64,000 nt of DNA from Candidatus Binatia bacterium (GTDB taxonomy: Bacteria; Desulfobacterota; Binatia; UBA9968; JAJDTQ01). How positions within the stretch are numbered: the first letter of the stretch is position 1; every line of letters starts with the position of its first letter. The stretch covers positions 64,001-128,000 of the forward strand of contig OY762897.2 of assembly GCA_963666515.2 (NCBI GenBank), read 5' to 3'. Below are positions 27,906-37,859 of the stretch, piece after piece. The position numbers and the translations under genes are program-made. The notes beneath the pieces were generated by a model. That model was given only the letters and a program-made list of their open reading frames with translations. It made no database searches and was not told where the DNA came from.

Positions 27906-28925
27906 TCAGTAGTTGAACGTCTTCTTCAGCACCGGCTTGTTCGCCTCCGGGATATCCACCATCTGCGCCACCAGCGTCTGCAATTCTTTGCCGTGGAGCG
28001 GGTTGATCTGTATCCGTACCTTTGCGGCGTCCTTGAGGAACGCCGGGTCCGTCATCACCTTGGCGAAGGCCTGGCGCATGGTCTCCACGCGTTCCGGCGG
28101 CACTCCGGGAGGCATGGTCCAGGGGCGTCCCACGGAGAGCTGCTTGTTGTAGACCTCCAGGATGGCCTTCTTGTCGCCCTTGGCGAGGTCGGACGCCAGC
28201 GGAACGTCCTTGAGGCCGGGGTGCTTCTCGCGCCCGACCTGCACCAGGATGCGGATGGCCTTCTTCTCGAACCAGTCCTTCTTGAGCGCCCGCAGCGAGG
28301 CGTAGCCCCAGCCGCAGATGCCGTCCACCTCGCCCTTGTCCACGGCCAGGGCGGTGGCCATGATGCCGCGGTACCCGGAGGTCACCTTCATGTTGGCGCC
28401 CATCACGTTGTTGAGCATCAGCGGCACGATGAAGATGTCGGAGCGCGGCTGGGTGGCGGCCATCTTCACCGGCTCCTTGGCATTGACCAGGTCCTCGGCG
28501 GTCTTGTACTTGCTGTCGGACCGGACGAAGCAGGACGCGGTCTCCTGCACGGGCGTGCCGATCCAGTTGAACTTCACCGGATCGAACCGCGCCTGTTTCA
28601 CGCCCAGGGCCTGAGTGAGCGGCAGGGTGCGGTGAATCGCGCCCATGGTGAGGCCGTCCTTCTTGGCGATGTTGTAGAGCCAGTTGGCCGCCACCATGCC
28701 CGAGGCGCCGGGCATGTTCTTGACCACGATCCTGGGGTTTCCGGGAATGTGCTTCGACATGTGCCGCGCCGCGGTCCGCGGGTAGAGGTCATAGGACGTG
28801 CCCGCGTCCGCGGACACGACGATCACCACCTGCTTGCCCTTGTAAACCGATTCGTCGGCGAGCACGGCTTGCGCGAGACACCCGAGCACCATCGAAGCCA
28901 CGAGGAAGTTGCGAAGAAAAGCCAT
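27906..28925 (-). CDS. TctC/Bug family substrate-binding protein
   Basis: YDLYPR, HIPGNP.IVVKNMPGASG, GRP..MPPGVPPERV. Confidence 0.88.
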   Translation of the reverse strand: MAFLRNFLVASMVLGCLAQAVLADESVYKGKQVVIVVSADAGTSYDLYPRTAARHMSKHIPGNPRIVVKNMPGASGMVAANWLYNIAKKDGLTMGAIHRTLPLTQALGVKQARFDPVKFNWIGTPVQETASCFVRSDSKYKTAEDLVNAKEPVKMAATQPRSDIFIVPLMLNNVMGANMKVTSGYRGIMATALAVDKGEVDGICGWGYASLRALKKDWFEKKAIRILVQVGREKHPGLKDVPLASDLAKGDKKAILEVYNKQLSVGRPWTMPPGVPPERVETMRQAFAKVMTDPAFLKDAAKVRIQINPLHGKELQTLVAQMVDIPEANKPVLKKTFNY

Positions 28926-29157
28926 CGTTGTTCTCCTTCTGTTGCGCCGTCTGTCGTGAAACCGTTCACAGTGACTTGTCGTCCACTTGTGCTCCGTTTG
29001 TCAAGCCGGCCATGGCGCGCCGGTGACGACACCAACCCGCGTCGGGCCGTCCGATTTTGTATGGCGGGACGAAGTGTGGCAATCTCGGCGGTGCCGTCCG
29101 TGCGGCGTTCGTCACCGCGGGAGCTGCCCGCGAATCAGGGCCAGGAGGAAAACGGCG

Positions 29158-30117
29158 GTGCTTATCCGGTACGTCGCCATGCGCCTCGTGCAGTTGGTCC
29201 CCATGGTGCTGGTCGTCACCATGGTGGTCTTCTTCGTCATGAGGATCATCCCGGGAGACCCGGTGCTCGTGATGCTGGGCGCGGTGGAGGGGGCGGCGAT
29301 CTCCCAGGACGTCTATGACGCCATGCGCCTGCGACTCGGTCTGGACCGGCCGCTGATCGTCCAGTATCTCGACTGGCTGTGGGACATGGTGCGGGGCGAC
29401 CTGGGCGACTCCATAACCTACCGGGTTCCGGCCCTGGACGTCATCCTTCTCCGCCTGGTGCCCACCGCGTACCTGATGGTGGGCGGCGTGGTCATGGCGG
29501 TGGCCATCGCCGTGCCCGGCGGCGTGCTGGCCGCCATCCACAACAACACCAAGTGGGACCACTTCGCCACCGGTTTCGTGATCCTCGGCATCACGGTGCC
29601 GACCTTCTGGCTGGCGCTGGTGGCCATCCTCGTCTTTGCCGTGTACCTGGGCTGGCTCCCCGCCATCGGCTATGCGCCTCCGCAGAAGGACGTCGTGGAG
29701 TTCCTCCGGCACCTGATCCTGCCCATGACCGTGGTCGCCCTGAACGTGGCCGCCACGGTGTTGCGCTTCCAGCGCCAGGACTTTCTCGAGCAGATGAACC
29801 TGGACTACGTGCGCACCGCCAGAGCCAAGGGTCTGGGCGAGAGGGTGGTGCTGTGGAAGCACGTCCTGCGCAATTCGCTGATGACGACGGTCACGGTGGT
29901 GGGTTTGCAGATGGCCTACCTGAGCGGTCTGGTGACCGTCGTCGAGAACGTCTTCAACTATCCCGGCATCGGTTTTCTGCTCTTGAACTCGATTCACACG
30001 CGGGACTTCGTGGTTGTACAGGGTGTGGTGCTGTTCATGGTTTTCCTGGCCATCGCGGTCAACCTGGTGGTGGACATTCTGTACGCCGTGCTGGATCCAC
30101 GGATCCGCTATCGGTAG
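29158..30117 (+). CDS. Peptide/nickel ABC permease (DppB-like)
   Basis: IPGDPV, GLDRPL..QY, GDLG.S, DYVRTARAKGL, DPRIR. Confidence 0.92.
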   Translation: MLIRYVAMRLVQLVPMVLVVTMVVFFVMRIIPGDPVLVMLGAVEGAAISQDVYDAMRLRLGLDRPLIVQYLDWLWDMVRGDLGDSITYRVPALDVILLRLVPTAYLMVGGVVMAVAIAVPGGVLAAIHNNTKWDHFATGFVILGITVPTFWLALVAILVFAVYLGWLPAIGYAPPQKDVVEFLRHLILPMTVVALNVAATVLRFQRQDFLEQMNLDYVRTARAKGLGERVVLWKHVLRNSLMTTVTVVGLQMAYLSGLVTVVENVFNYPGIGFLLLNSIHTRDFVVVQGVVLFMVFLAIAVNLVVDILYAVLDPRIRYR

Positions 30118-30123
30118 GAGCGT

Positions 30124-31053
30124 GTGGTGGAATCCCAAGCTGCATATCCTCCCGCATATCCGCCGTCCGCCCCCGGCCCGGGGTTGCGTTTGTGGCGCGC
30201 GTCCCGTCGCGCCGCTCGGGCCGCGCGCCACGACCCGCGGACGGCGGTGGGCGTCACGCTGCTCTTTCTGTACATTCTGATCGCCTTGGCAGGGCCGGCC
30301 TTCTCCCCCTACGATACCACCACCCCCAACATCAAGGTGCGCATGCAAGGCCCGAGCGCGGCGCACCCTTTCGGCACCGACCGCATCGGCAGGGATGTCG
30401 CGACCCGCATCATCGCGGGCTCGCGCGTGAGTCTGCAGGTGGCCACGGGCGCGGTCATCGTGGCGTTGCTGCTGGGCGCGCCTTTGGGCGCCCTGTCGAG
30501 CTACGTGGGCGGAACCTTCGACGCTCTGGTCCAGCGCGTGATGGAGGGCATCATGGCCTTCCCGTCGCTGGTGCTGGCGCTGGCTCTGGTGGCGCTGGCC
30601 GGGCCGAGCGTCCCCATGCTGTGGTTCGCCATCGCCTTCAGCTCCATCCCGCGCTACGCCCGCATCGTCCGAAGCGGCGTGCTTACGCACAAGGAACGGG
30701 AATACGTCGAGGCCGCACGGGCCATGGGACAGCGGCCCATGGGCGTCCTGACGAAACAGATCCTGCCCAATATCATGGCGCCCATCGCGGTGCAGATCAC
30801 CCTGGACTTCGCCCGCGCCATCGGCGTGGAGGCGGCTCTCAGCTACCTGGGCCTGGGGCTGTCGGTGCCTTACATCAGTTGGGGCCTGATGGTCCGGGAG
30901 GCCCAGGACTTTCTCGAGGTGGCGCCCTGGCTGGCGGTGTTCCCGGGAATAGCCCTGGCGGGTGTCATCCTGGCCTTCACCCTGGTGGGGGACAGCCTGC
31001 GGGACCGCATGGACCCGCGCACGCGCCTGCCCTTGAACCGGCGCGGACAGTAA
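30124..31053 (+). CDS. Peptide/nickel ABC permease (DppC-like)
   Basis: HPFGTDRIGRD, EYVEAARAMG, EAALSYLGLG, GDSLRD. Confidence 0.92.
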   Translation: MVESQAAYPPAYPPSAPGPGLRLWRASRRAARAARHDPRTAVGVTLLFLYILIALAGPAFSPYDTTTPNIKVRMQGPSAAHPFGTDRIGRDVATRIIAGSRVSLQVATGAVIVALLLGAPLGALSSYVGGTFDALVQRVMEGIMAFPSLVLALALVALAGPSVPMLWFAIAFSSIPRYARIVRSGVLTHKEREYVEAARAMGQRPMGVLTKQILPNIMAPIAVQITLDFARAIGVEAALSYLGLGLSVPYISWGLMVREAQDFLEVAPWLAVFPGIALAGVILAFTLVGDSLRDRMDPRTRLPLNRRGQ

Positions 31054-31229
31054 CGGCCTGGAGGGCCTTCCGGCTCCGCAGCGCAAGTTGACACCCGCTG
31101 CCCTGCGGTGCGAATATGCGCAAGCATGATTGCAGATCGTAAGATCGTAGTATGCGAGCCGCCACCACTGCAGGAGCAGGGTTCAAACCCGCCCGTGCGC
31201 GGCACTCACCCAAGGAAGGAGCCGTCACC

Positions 31230-32849
31230 ATGAAGGTCGATACCCGGAAAGGCATTGTGCGCGTAACATTGGTCGGCGCGGCGCTGGTGTTGTCATTGGT
31301 TGTCGCTTCCCCTCACGGCGGCGGTCCGCTGGCGTTGAGCGCCACGGCCGAGGCCGCGGACAAGCCCAGCATCGGGGGAACGCTGAGACTCGGCAACGCC
31401 AAGGGCATCGGCACGCCCATTCCCTTCGTGGCCTTCACCTCCATCCCCGAGTACATCAAGAACAACATGTACGAGCCCCTGGTCATGTACGACCAGAAGG
31501 GCGACATCCACCCGTGGCTGGCGGAAAGCTGGTCGCCCAACGCTGATTCCAGCGAGTGGACGTTCAATATCCGCAAGGGGGTCAAGTTCCATAACGGCAA
31601 GGAGCTGACCGCCGAGGACGTGGTCTGGTCCGTAAACCACATCAGGGACCCGGCCAACGGCGCAGCGGGCCAGGGACAGTTGGCCGACAACGTGGCCTCG
31701 GCCACGGCCGTGGACAAGCACACCGTGCTGTTCAAGGCGCCCGGCCCGCGCGGCCTGCTGCCCGAGGTGCTTGCCAACACGTCGACCCTTCACATCGCTC
31801 CTGCGGGGTCGCTGGCGAAAGGCCAGCAGAAGATGAAGGGCGGCGCGCCGCCGGCGGGCACGGGACCTTTCAAGTTCAAGTCCTGGACCCCCGGGCAGGA
31901 ACTGCACGTGGTCCGTCACGACGACTACTGGGGCGGCGCTCCCTACCTGGACGGCGTGCGCTTCATCGTGATCCGGCAAAAGGCGGCCCGGGCCGCCGCG
32001 GTGCAGGCCGGCGACGTGCACCTGACGGAGCGCCTGGGGCCGACCTTCGTGCAGCGCATCGACAGCAAGCGCATCAAGGGGCTGCACTACATGCCCATCG
32101 GCGCCGCCGGACTCAGGATTCTCACCTTCAACACCCAGTCGGCGCCGGTGTCGGACCCGCGCGTACGCCGGGCCATCGCGCTCTCGCTGGACAAGGCCGC
32201 GATCCTCGACGAGGCCACCTTCGGACTCGGCGTCCCGGTGCTGACCTGGGGGGTTCCGAACACCGACTGGGAGACTTCCCTCGGCTTCAAGTGGAAGCGG
32301 AACGTCGCCGAGGCCAAGCGTCTGCTCAAGGAGGCCGGGTACAAGGGCCAGCCCATCACGCTGGGAGCCACCCGCGGCCAGGGCGATCCCTGGACCGAGC
32401 CCATCATGCGGCAGGCGGCCGAAGCGGGCATCAAGTTCTCGCTCCAGAACCTGGGCGGAGCCGAGCTGATCAAGAAGACCATCGCCGGTGAGCTGCACGT
32501 CTCCGTCTACGGGGCGGGCGGCACCGGCGAGCCGCTTGTGGCCAACGTCCAGCACCTCGGCTGCACCGAGGGCAAGCACGGCGTCAGCAACGTCACCCGA
32601 TACTGCACGCCCGAGCTGGAAAAGCTCGTGACCCGGTACATGGAAGAGCCGGACCGGGCCAAGCGTCTCGCCATCTGGAAGAAACTTGCGCGGACCTACT
32701 TCGTGGACGAGGTCATCCACTACATCATCGGCTGGTCCAACATCCGCAACTACGTGTGGCGCGACGAGGTGAAGAACTGGGAGCGGGGTCCCACGCAGGA
32801 ATACTGGCACGCCAAGGGCGGCCTGTGGCGGACCTGGCTGGAGCCGTAG
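31230..32849 (+). CDS. Family 5 ABC substrate-binding protein (DppA-like)
   Basis: PWLAESW, IRKGVKFHNG.ELTAEDV, GTGPFK; RBS AAGGAG. Confidence 0.92.
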   Translation: MKVDTRKGIVRVTLVGAALVLSLVVASPHGGGPLALSATAEAADKPSIGGTLRLGNAKGIGTPIPFVAFTSIPEYIKNNMYEPLVMYDQKGDIHPWLAESWSPNADSSEWTFNIRKGVKFHNGKELTAEDVVWSVNHIRDPANGAAGQGQLADNVASATAVDKHTVLFKAPGPRGLLPEVLANTSTLHIAPAGSLAKGQQKMKGGAPPAGTGPFKFKSWTPGQELHVVRHDDYWGGAPYLDGVRFIVIRQKAARAAAVQAGDVHLTERLGPTFVQRIDSKRIKGLHYMPIGAAGLRILTFNTQSAPVSDPRVRRAIALSLDKAAILDEATFGLGVPVLTWGVPNTDWETSLGFKWKRNVAEAKRLLKEAGYKGQPITLGATRGQGDPWTEPIMRQAAEAGIKFSLQNLGGAELIKKTIAGELHVSVYGAGGTGEPLVANVQHLGCTEGKHGVSNVTRYCTPELEKLVTRYMEEPDRAKRLAIWKKLARTYFVDEVIHYIIGWSNIRNYVWRDEVKNWERGPTQEYWHAKGGLWRTWLEP

Positions 32850-32858
32850 CCGCGTGGA

Positions 32859-32887
32859 TTGACGGGGACCGGGGCCCGGAGTACATT
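32859..32887 (+). promoter_or_regulatory. Sigma70-like promoter
   Basis: TTGACG-N17-TACATT. Confidence 0.6.
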
Positions 32888-32940
32888 CGGTTCTCGATTC
32901 GAGTCGGAACCGATGGGCTTGACTGGAGGGCAGGAGGTCT

Positions 32941-34143
32941 ATGGCAACCCTGAAGATGAAATACGGCGTCGTCTCAGCGGACGATCACATCCAGGAGGCG
33001 CCCGACGTCTGGACCAACCGGATGTCCAAGGCCAAGTTCGGCGACGACATCCCGCACATCGTGGAGCTGCCGGACGGCACCCAGACATGGTCCCTGGGCG
33101 GCAACACCAAGGGGTTCGGCGGGCTCGCACGGGTCTCGGGCGTCAACCCCAACGTGAAGCGGTGGGAGGACGTGCCCCCTTCCACGTACACGGTTTCGGA
33201 GCGCCTGAAGATCCTGGACCAGGAGGAGCTGGACGCCTCGGTGCTCTTCCCCAACATCATCGGCATCACCAACCAGAATTTCCAGAAGGAGGGCAGCGAG
33301 GCCTTCCGTCTGGCCTGCATCCAGGCCTACAACGACTGGCTCATCGACGAGTGGCAGGACGTCACGCCCCGGTTCATCGCCCAGTGCGTCACCCCCATGT
33401 GGGACGTGGACCTGTGCGTGGCCGAGATCCATCGCGCCGTGAAGCGCGGCCACAAGGCGCTGGTGTGGCACGGCGCTCCCCACATCCTGGGGCTCAAGCA
33501 CTTCAACGATCCCTGCTGGGACCCGGTCTACCAGGCGTGCTGCGACCTGGACGTGCCCATCTGCCTGCACTCCACGGCGCTGCCCGCGCTGCCGCCCTGG
33601 GACTCCCTGGAAGCGCGCGCCAGGCTCGCCCTGGGCGTATCCATGACCTTCGTGAGCCACATGGAGATCGTCTCCAACATCCTGTACTCGGGCGTGTTCG
33701 AGAAGTTCCCGAAGCTCAAGACCATAAGCGTGGAGAGCGGCGTGGGCTGGCTTCCCTACCTGCTGGAGGAGCTGGACCACGAGTTCGAGGAGCGCGACGT
33801 GGCCGAGAACTCCACCCTCACGCGGAAGCCCAGCGACGTCTTCCAGACCAACATGTGGGCCACGTTCTGGCACGAGCGCCACGGCATCCGCAGCCGCGAC
33901 GAGATCGGCGTGGACAAGATCATGTACTCGGTGGACTACCCTCACGGCACCACCACGTGGCCCAGGTCGGTGTGGTGCCGCACCCACTCGCTGCAGGACG
34001 TCACGTCCGCGGAGGAGCGCAAGAAGATCCTGATGGACAACGCCATCGGGCTCTACAAGCTCGACGTGGACGAGTCCGGCATCGACCAGCCCCTCTACGA
34101 GCCCGGCCCCGTCACGGTCGGCCCGCGGCCCGAGGCGGCGTAG
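32941..34143 (+). CDS. Amidohydrolase_2 family protein
   Basis: SADDHIQE, AYNDWL, CLH, VESGVGWLP, SVDYPH. Confidence 0.9.
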   Translation: MATLKMKYGVVSADDHIQEAPDVWTNRMSKAKFGDDIPHIVELPDGTQTWSLGGNTKGFGGLARVSGVNPNVKRWEDVPPSTYTVSERLKILDQEELDASVLFPNIIGITNQNFQKEGSEAFRLACIQAYNDWLIDEWQDVTPRFIAQCVTPMWDVDLCVAEIHRAVKRGHKALVWHGAPHILGLKHFNDPCWDPVYQACCDLDVPICLHSTALPALPPWDSLEARARLALGVSMTFVSHMEIVSNILYSGVFEKFPKLKTISVESGVGWLPYLLEELDHEFEERDVAENSTLTRKPSDVFQTNMWATFWHERHGIRSRDEIGVDKIMYSVDYPHGTTTWPRSVWCRTHSLQDVTSAEERKKILMDNAIGLYKLDVDESGIDQPLYEPGPVTVGPRPEAA

Positions 34144-34167
34144 CTTTCCAGCCAGGAGTGCCATCCC

Positions 34168-34216
34168 AGGGGCGACCGCGGGTCGCCCCTGCATGGGGTT
34201 CATCGCTGGGGCATAC
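34168..34216. repeat. REP-like element (palindrome plus shared spacer)
   Basis: AGGGGCGACCGCGGGTCGCCCCT followed by GGGGTTCATCGCTGGG, the reverse complement of the 11.83-kb spacer. Confidence 0.8.
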
Positions 34217-34226
34217 CCGGACAGGC

Positions 34227-34649
34227 CTACTCCGCGTACGCGGGGTCGCCGTAGGTCATCAGCTCTATGAGGTTGTCGTCGGGGTCGCGGACGTAGAGGC
34301 TCGTGCCGACGCCCTCGGAACCGGTGCGGGCCACCGGGCCGGAGATGACCGGAACGCCCGCCTGCTCGAGGAAGTCCCGGGCTTCCTGCACGGTTCCCTC
34401 CCAGCGCAGGCAGAAGTCCGCGCCGCCGGTGGCGAAGTTGGGCGCGTGGGTCGGGCTCTCCGTCGTGTAGCGGTCCACCACGTAGAGGTTGATCTTCTGT
34501 GTGTCGCTGATGCGGATGATGGGACGTTTGCCGCGCCCGCCGGGACGCTCCTGCCAGCCGGCGTCGAGGCCCAGCTTGCGGTAGAAGGCGAAGGTCTCCT
34601 CCAGGTCCTTGACCACCAGGACCCAATGATCAATGGCTGCAATGCTCAT
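34227..34649 (-). CDS. VOC/glyoxalase family protein
   Basis: IDHWVLVVKDLE, QKINL, GPVARTG, SLYVRDPDDNLIEL. Confidence 0.9.
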   Translation of the reverse strand: MSIAAIDHWVLVVKDLEETFAFYRKLGLDAGWQERPGGRGKRPIIRISDTQKINLYVVDRYTTESPTHAPNFATGGADFCLRWEGTVQEARDFLEQAGVPVISGPVARTGSEGVGTSLYVRDPDDNLIELMTYGDPAYAE

Positions 34650-34750
34650 GGTCTGTCCTCATTGAATCGGTTCCGATACGTTGATACTTCCAGAGTCCGT
34701 GACGCAGGACACTAGGGGAATCGGATCGCGATTTCAAGGGAAGGACGCCC

Positions 34751-36787
34751 ATGTGGGAAGCGGCTCTCAGCGCGGTAGAGAACATCTTCGGCTGCCCGTG
34801 CGTCGCCGACGTGATCCCGCGGAGCCTGGCCTTCCTGGTCCTGGGCGTCGTCATGGGGCTCTCGCTGGGCGCCATCCCCGGCTTGGGCGGGCTCGTGGGG
34901 CTCGCCATCCTGCTGCCGTTCACCCTCGACCTGGACACCCTGAGCGCTTTCGCGGTCATGATCGGGCTCATCTCGGTGACCACCACGTCGGACACCATCC
35001 CGTCGGTGCTGTTCGGGGTTCCCGGCACCGCCGCGTCGCAGGCCACCATCCTGGACGGCCACCCCATGGCCAAGAAGGGCGAGGCGGGCCGGGCCTTCGG
35101 CGCCGCCTACATGGCGTCCATGATGGGCGGCCTCTTCGGCGCCCTGATCCTCGCCGTCTCCATCCCCGTGCTCCGTCCCATCGTGCTCGCGTTCAGCGCC
35201 CCGGAGTTCTTCATGATGGGGATGCTGGGCATCTCCATGGTGGCGGTGCTGAGCGGCGGCGCTCCGCTCAAGGGGCTGGTGGTGGGCGCGCTGGGGCTCA
35301 TGGTGGGCATGGTGGGCATGGACTACCAGGTAGGGGAGATGCGCTGGACCTTCGGCCAGCTCTACCTGTGGGAGGGGGTCCCGCTGGTGCCCGTGGCCCT
35401 GGGCATCTTCGCCATCCCGGAGATGGCGGACTTGGTGATCCGCGGCACCCGCATCGCCGACGTGCCCAAGGATGCCTTGAGAGGCGTCACCGTGGGCATC
35501 CGCGACGCCTTCCGCCACTGGTTCCTGGTGCTGCGCTCCAGCGCCGTGGGCGTGTGGGTGGGCGCCACGCCGGGTCTGGGCGGCGCGGTGGTGGACTGGT
35601 TCGCCTACGGCCACGCGGTGCAGACGGAGCGCGGCGCCCGGGACTCCTTCGGCACCGGCGACGTGCGCGGGGTCATCGCGCCGGAGAGCGCAAACAACGC
35701 CAAGGAGGGCGGCTCGCTGATCCCGACGCTGGCCTTCGGCGTGCCCGGCAGCGCCGCCATGGCCATCCTGCTGGGGGTGTTCCTGATCCAGGGCATCAGC
35801 CCTGGCCCGGACATGCTCACCAAGCACCTGGACGTCACCTACACCATGGTCTGGAGCATCGCCATCGCCAACATCTTCGGCACCGGCCTGTGCCTGCTCC
35901 TGACCAACCACCTGGCCCGGCTCGCCAACGTCCGCGTCCACCTGCTGGCGCCGCTGGTGATCGTGGTGGTGTTCCTGGCCGCGTTCCAGGCCAAGCGCCA
36001 CTTCGGCGACCTGATCCTGCTGCTGTCGTTCGGCCTTCTCGGATGGCTCATGAAGCGCTTCGGCTGGCCCCGGCCGCCGCTCATCCTGGGGCTGGTGCTG
36101 AGCAGCGTGCTGGAGAACTACTTCTTCATCTCCGCCAGCCACTTCGGGTTTGGCTGGCTCTGGCGCCCCATCGTGCTCATCATCGGCGCCCTGATCGTCG
36201 CCAGCCTGGTCTACGGCCAGAGGTGGACCCGGACGGGCATGCCCGCGGACGAGTCCGCGCCCGCGGCTTCGTCGTGGCGGTTCCAGCTTCACCTCAGCGT
36301 GCCGGCGGTGTTTACCCTGGCCATCCTGCTGCTGGTGCTCAGCGGAGCAGTGACCGCCCGGGATTGGCCGGACCAGGCGCGGCTCTTCCCGCTGGTGGTA
36401 GGCTTCGCCGCGACGGGCATGTGCGCGGCCCAACTGTTCCTGGACCTGTTCCGCGTCTCCGAGGGGGGCGCCGCCCGCGTCATGGACCTGGAGGCGGAAC
36501 GCGGCGTTCCGGGTCAAGTCATCGCCCGACGCGCCGCCGACGTCTTCGGCTGGATCCTGGGGCTGCTGGCGTCCATCTGGATCATCGGCTTCCTGTTGAG
36601 CGTGCCGCTGTTCATGTGGCTGTACCTGGCGCTGCGCGGCCGCGCCGGATGGCGGCTGTGCCTCGGCTACACGGCCCTGGCGCTGGCAGTCCTCCTGGGC
36701 GTGTTCCACTATACACTCAGCATCCCCTGGCCCCAGGGCGTGTTGGCCGGACCGCAGGAACTGGTGCTGCAATGGCTGGGAGGGTAG
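34751..36787 (+). CDS. tctA: TctA permease with C-terminal TctB-like extension
   Basis: GAIPGLG, GVPGT, DGHPMAKKG, GVIAPESANNA; ~180 extra aa with about 4 TM segments (ARLFPL). Confidence 0.88.
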   Translation: MWEAALSAVENIFGCPCVADVIPRSLAFLVLGVVMGLSLGAIPGLGGLVGLAILLPFTLDLDTLSAFAVMIGLISVTTTSDTIPSVLFGVPGTAASQATILDGHPMAKKGEAGRAFGAAYMASMMGGLFGALILAVSIPVLRPIVLAFSAPEFFMMGMLGISMVAVLSGGAPLKGLVVGALGLMVGMVGMDYQVGEMRWTFGQLYLWEGVPLVPVALGIFAIPEMADLVIRGTRIADVPKDALRGVTVGIRDAFRHWFLVLRSSAVGVWVGATPGLGGAVVDWFAYGHAVQTERGARDSFGTGDVRGVIAPESANNAKEGGSLIPTLAFGVPGSAAMAILLGVFLIQGISPGPDMLTKHLDVTYTMVWSIAIANIFGTGLCLLLTNHLARLANVRVHLLAPLVIVVVFLAAFQAKRHFGDLILLLSFGLLGWLMKRFGWPRPPLILGLVLSSVLENYFFISASHFGFGWLWRPIVLIIGALIVASLVYGQRWTRTGMPADESAPAASSWRFQLHLSVPAVFTLAILLLVLSGAVTARDWPDQARLFPLVVGFAATGMCAAQLFLDLFRVSEGGAARVMDLEAERGVPGQVIARRAADVFGWILGLLASIWIIGFLLSVPLFMWLYLALRGRAGWRLCLGYTALALAVLLGVFHYTLSIPWPQGVLAGPQELVLQWLGG

Positions 36788-36796
36788 CCCCCCGGC

Positions 36797-37681
36797 TCAC
36801 CGCCCCTGGCTGGCGATGAACCCCCGCAGCACCTCGTTGAACTCCTTCGGGTGTTCCCGGAAGGAGAAGTGGCCGGCCTCGTTGATGATGTGCATGCGCG
36901 AGCGGCGTTCCCGCATGCACAGCAGCTCGAACAGGCGCATTCCCTGGGCCAGGGTGGCGGTGGGATCGTTGTAGCCCCATACCAGCAGCGTGGGCTTCCC
37001 CATGCCGCGCTCGCGGATCCAGCCCAGGGTCTCCTCCTTCTCCATCGAGTGCCGGGTCAGGAACAGGCTCTTTCGCAGGCCCTGGGTGATCATCTTCTCG
37101 ACGCTCTCCCGGTACTTCGGCAACTGCGCCATCTCGGTCACCGCGTCCAGCCAGTCGTCGGTGACGTGGGCGCCGCTGTAGGAGTAACGCTCCAGCACCC
37201 AGCGCTGGCTCTCCCGTGAGAGCCTTGGCTCCGGGGTGTCGGCGAAGACGATGTGGTTGCGCCCGAAGCCCGGCGCCAGCGTGTTGGTGTCCACCGGGAT
37301 GCACGACCTCACCAGGTCCGGCCGTTCCAGGGTCATGCGGGCGGCCACGTAGGCGCCGCGGGAGTGACCGACGACGTGGATCCCGCCCAGGCCGAGGGCT
37401 TCGACGAAACCGATGGCGTGGCGGGTGGTCGCGGCCATGGTGTATTCGGCATCCGTGGGCGGGTTGTCGGTGAGTCCCTGCCCCAGCTTGTCCAGCGCAT
37501 GGACGTGGAACCATTGGGACAGGGCGTCGAAGTTGAGCGCCCAGTCCACGCTGCAGTCGGCGGCGTCGTTGGAGCCGAAGACGCCGCCGTGGATCAGCAC
37601 CACGTTCTCGCCGCTTCCCTTCTCGAAGTAACGCGTGCGGATGCCGCCCACGTCCACGAATCGCTCGTCTGCGGGTTTCAC
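36797..37681 (-). CDS. Alpha/beta hydrolase (BphD/MhpC-like C-C hydrolase family)
   Basis: LIHGG, GHSRG nucleophile elbow, WGYNDP, AGH; GTG start after AGGAGG. Confidence 0.85.
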   Translation of the reverse strand: MKPADERFVDVGGIRTRYFEKGSGENVVLIHGGVFGSNDAADCSVDWALNFDALSQWFHVHALDKLGQGLTDNPPTDAEYTMAATTRHAIGFVEALGLGGIHVVGHSRGAYVAARMTLERPDLVRSCIPVDTNTLAPGFGRNHIVFADTPEPRLSRESQRWVLERYSYSGAHVTDDWLDAVTEMAQLPKYRESVEKMITQGLRKSLFLTRHSMEKEETLGWIRERGMGKPTLLVWGYNDPTATLAQGMRLFELLCMRERRSRMHIINEAGHFSFREHPKEFNEVLRGFIASQGR

Positions 37682-37859
37682 CAGGTTCCTCCTGTGTGCG
37701 GTAAGGGGTTTGTCCGTGTGCCCGTCGGCAGGGGCTTCCGCCGCGCGCTCCCGGTGGCAAAGTATCCGGTTCTTCGTTAACAAGCCCAACGAAGGCATCC
37801 ATCTTAGTTCCATGAGAATCGCCGATGCAAGGAGCACGTCTCGCGGTCCAGGAGAGTCT

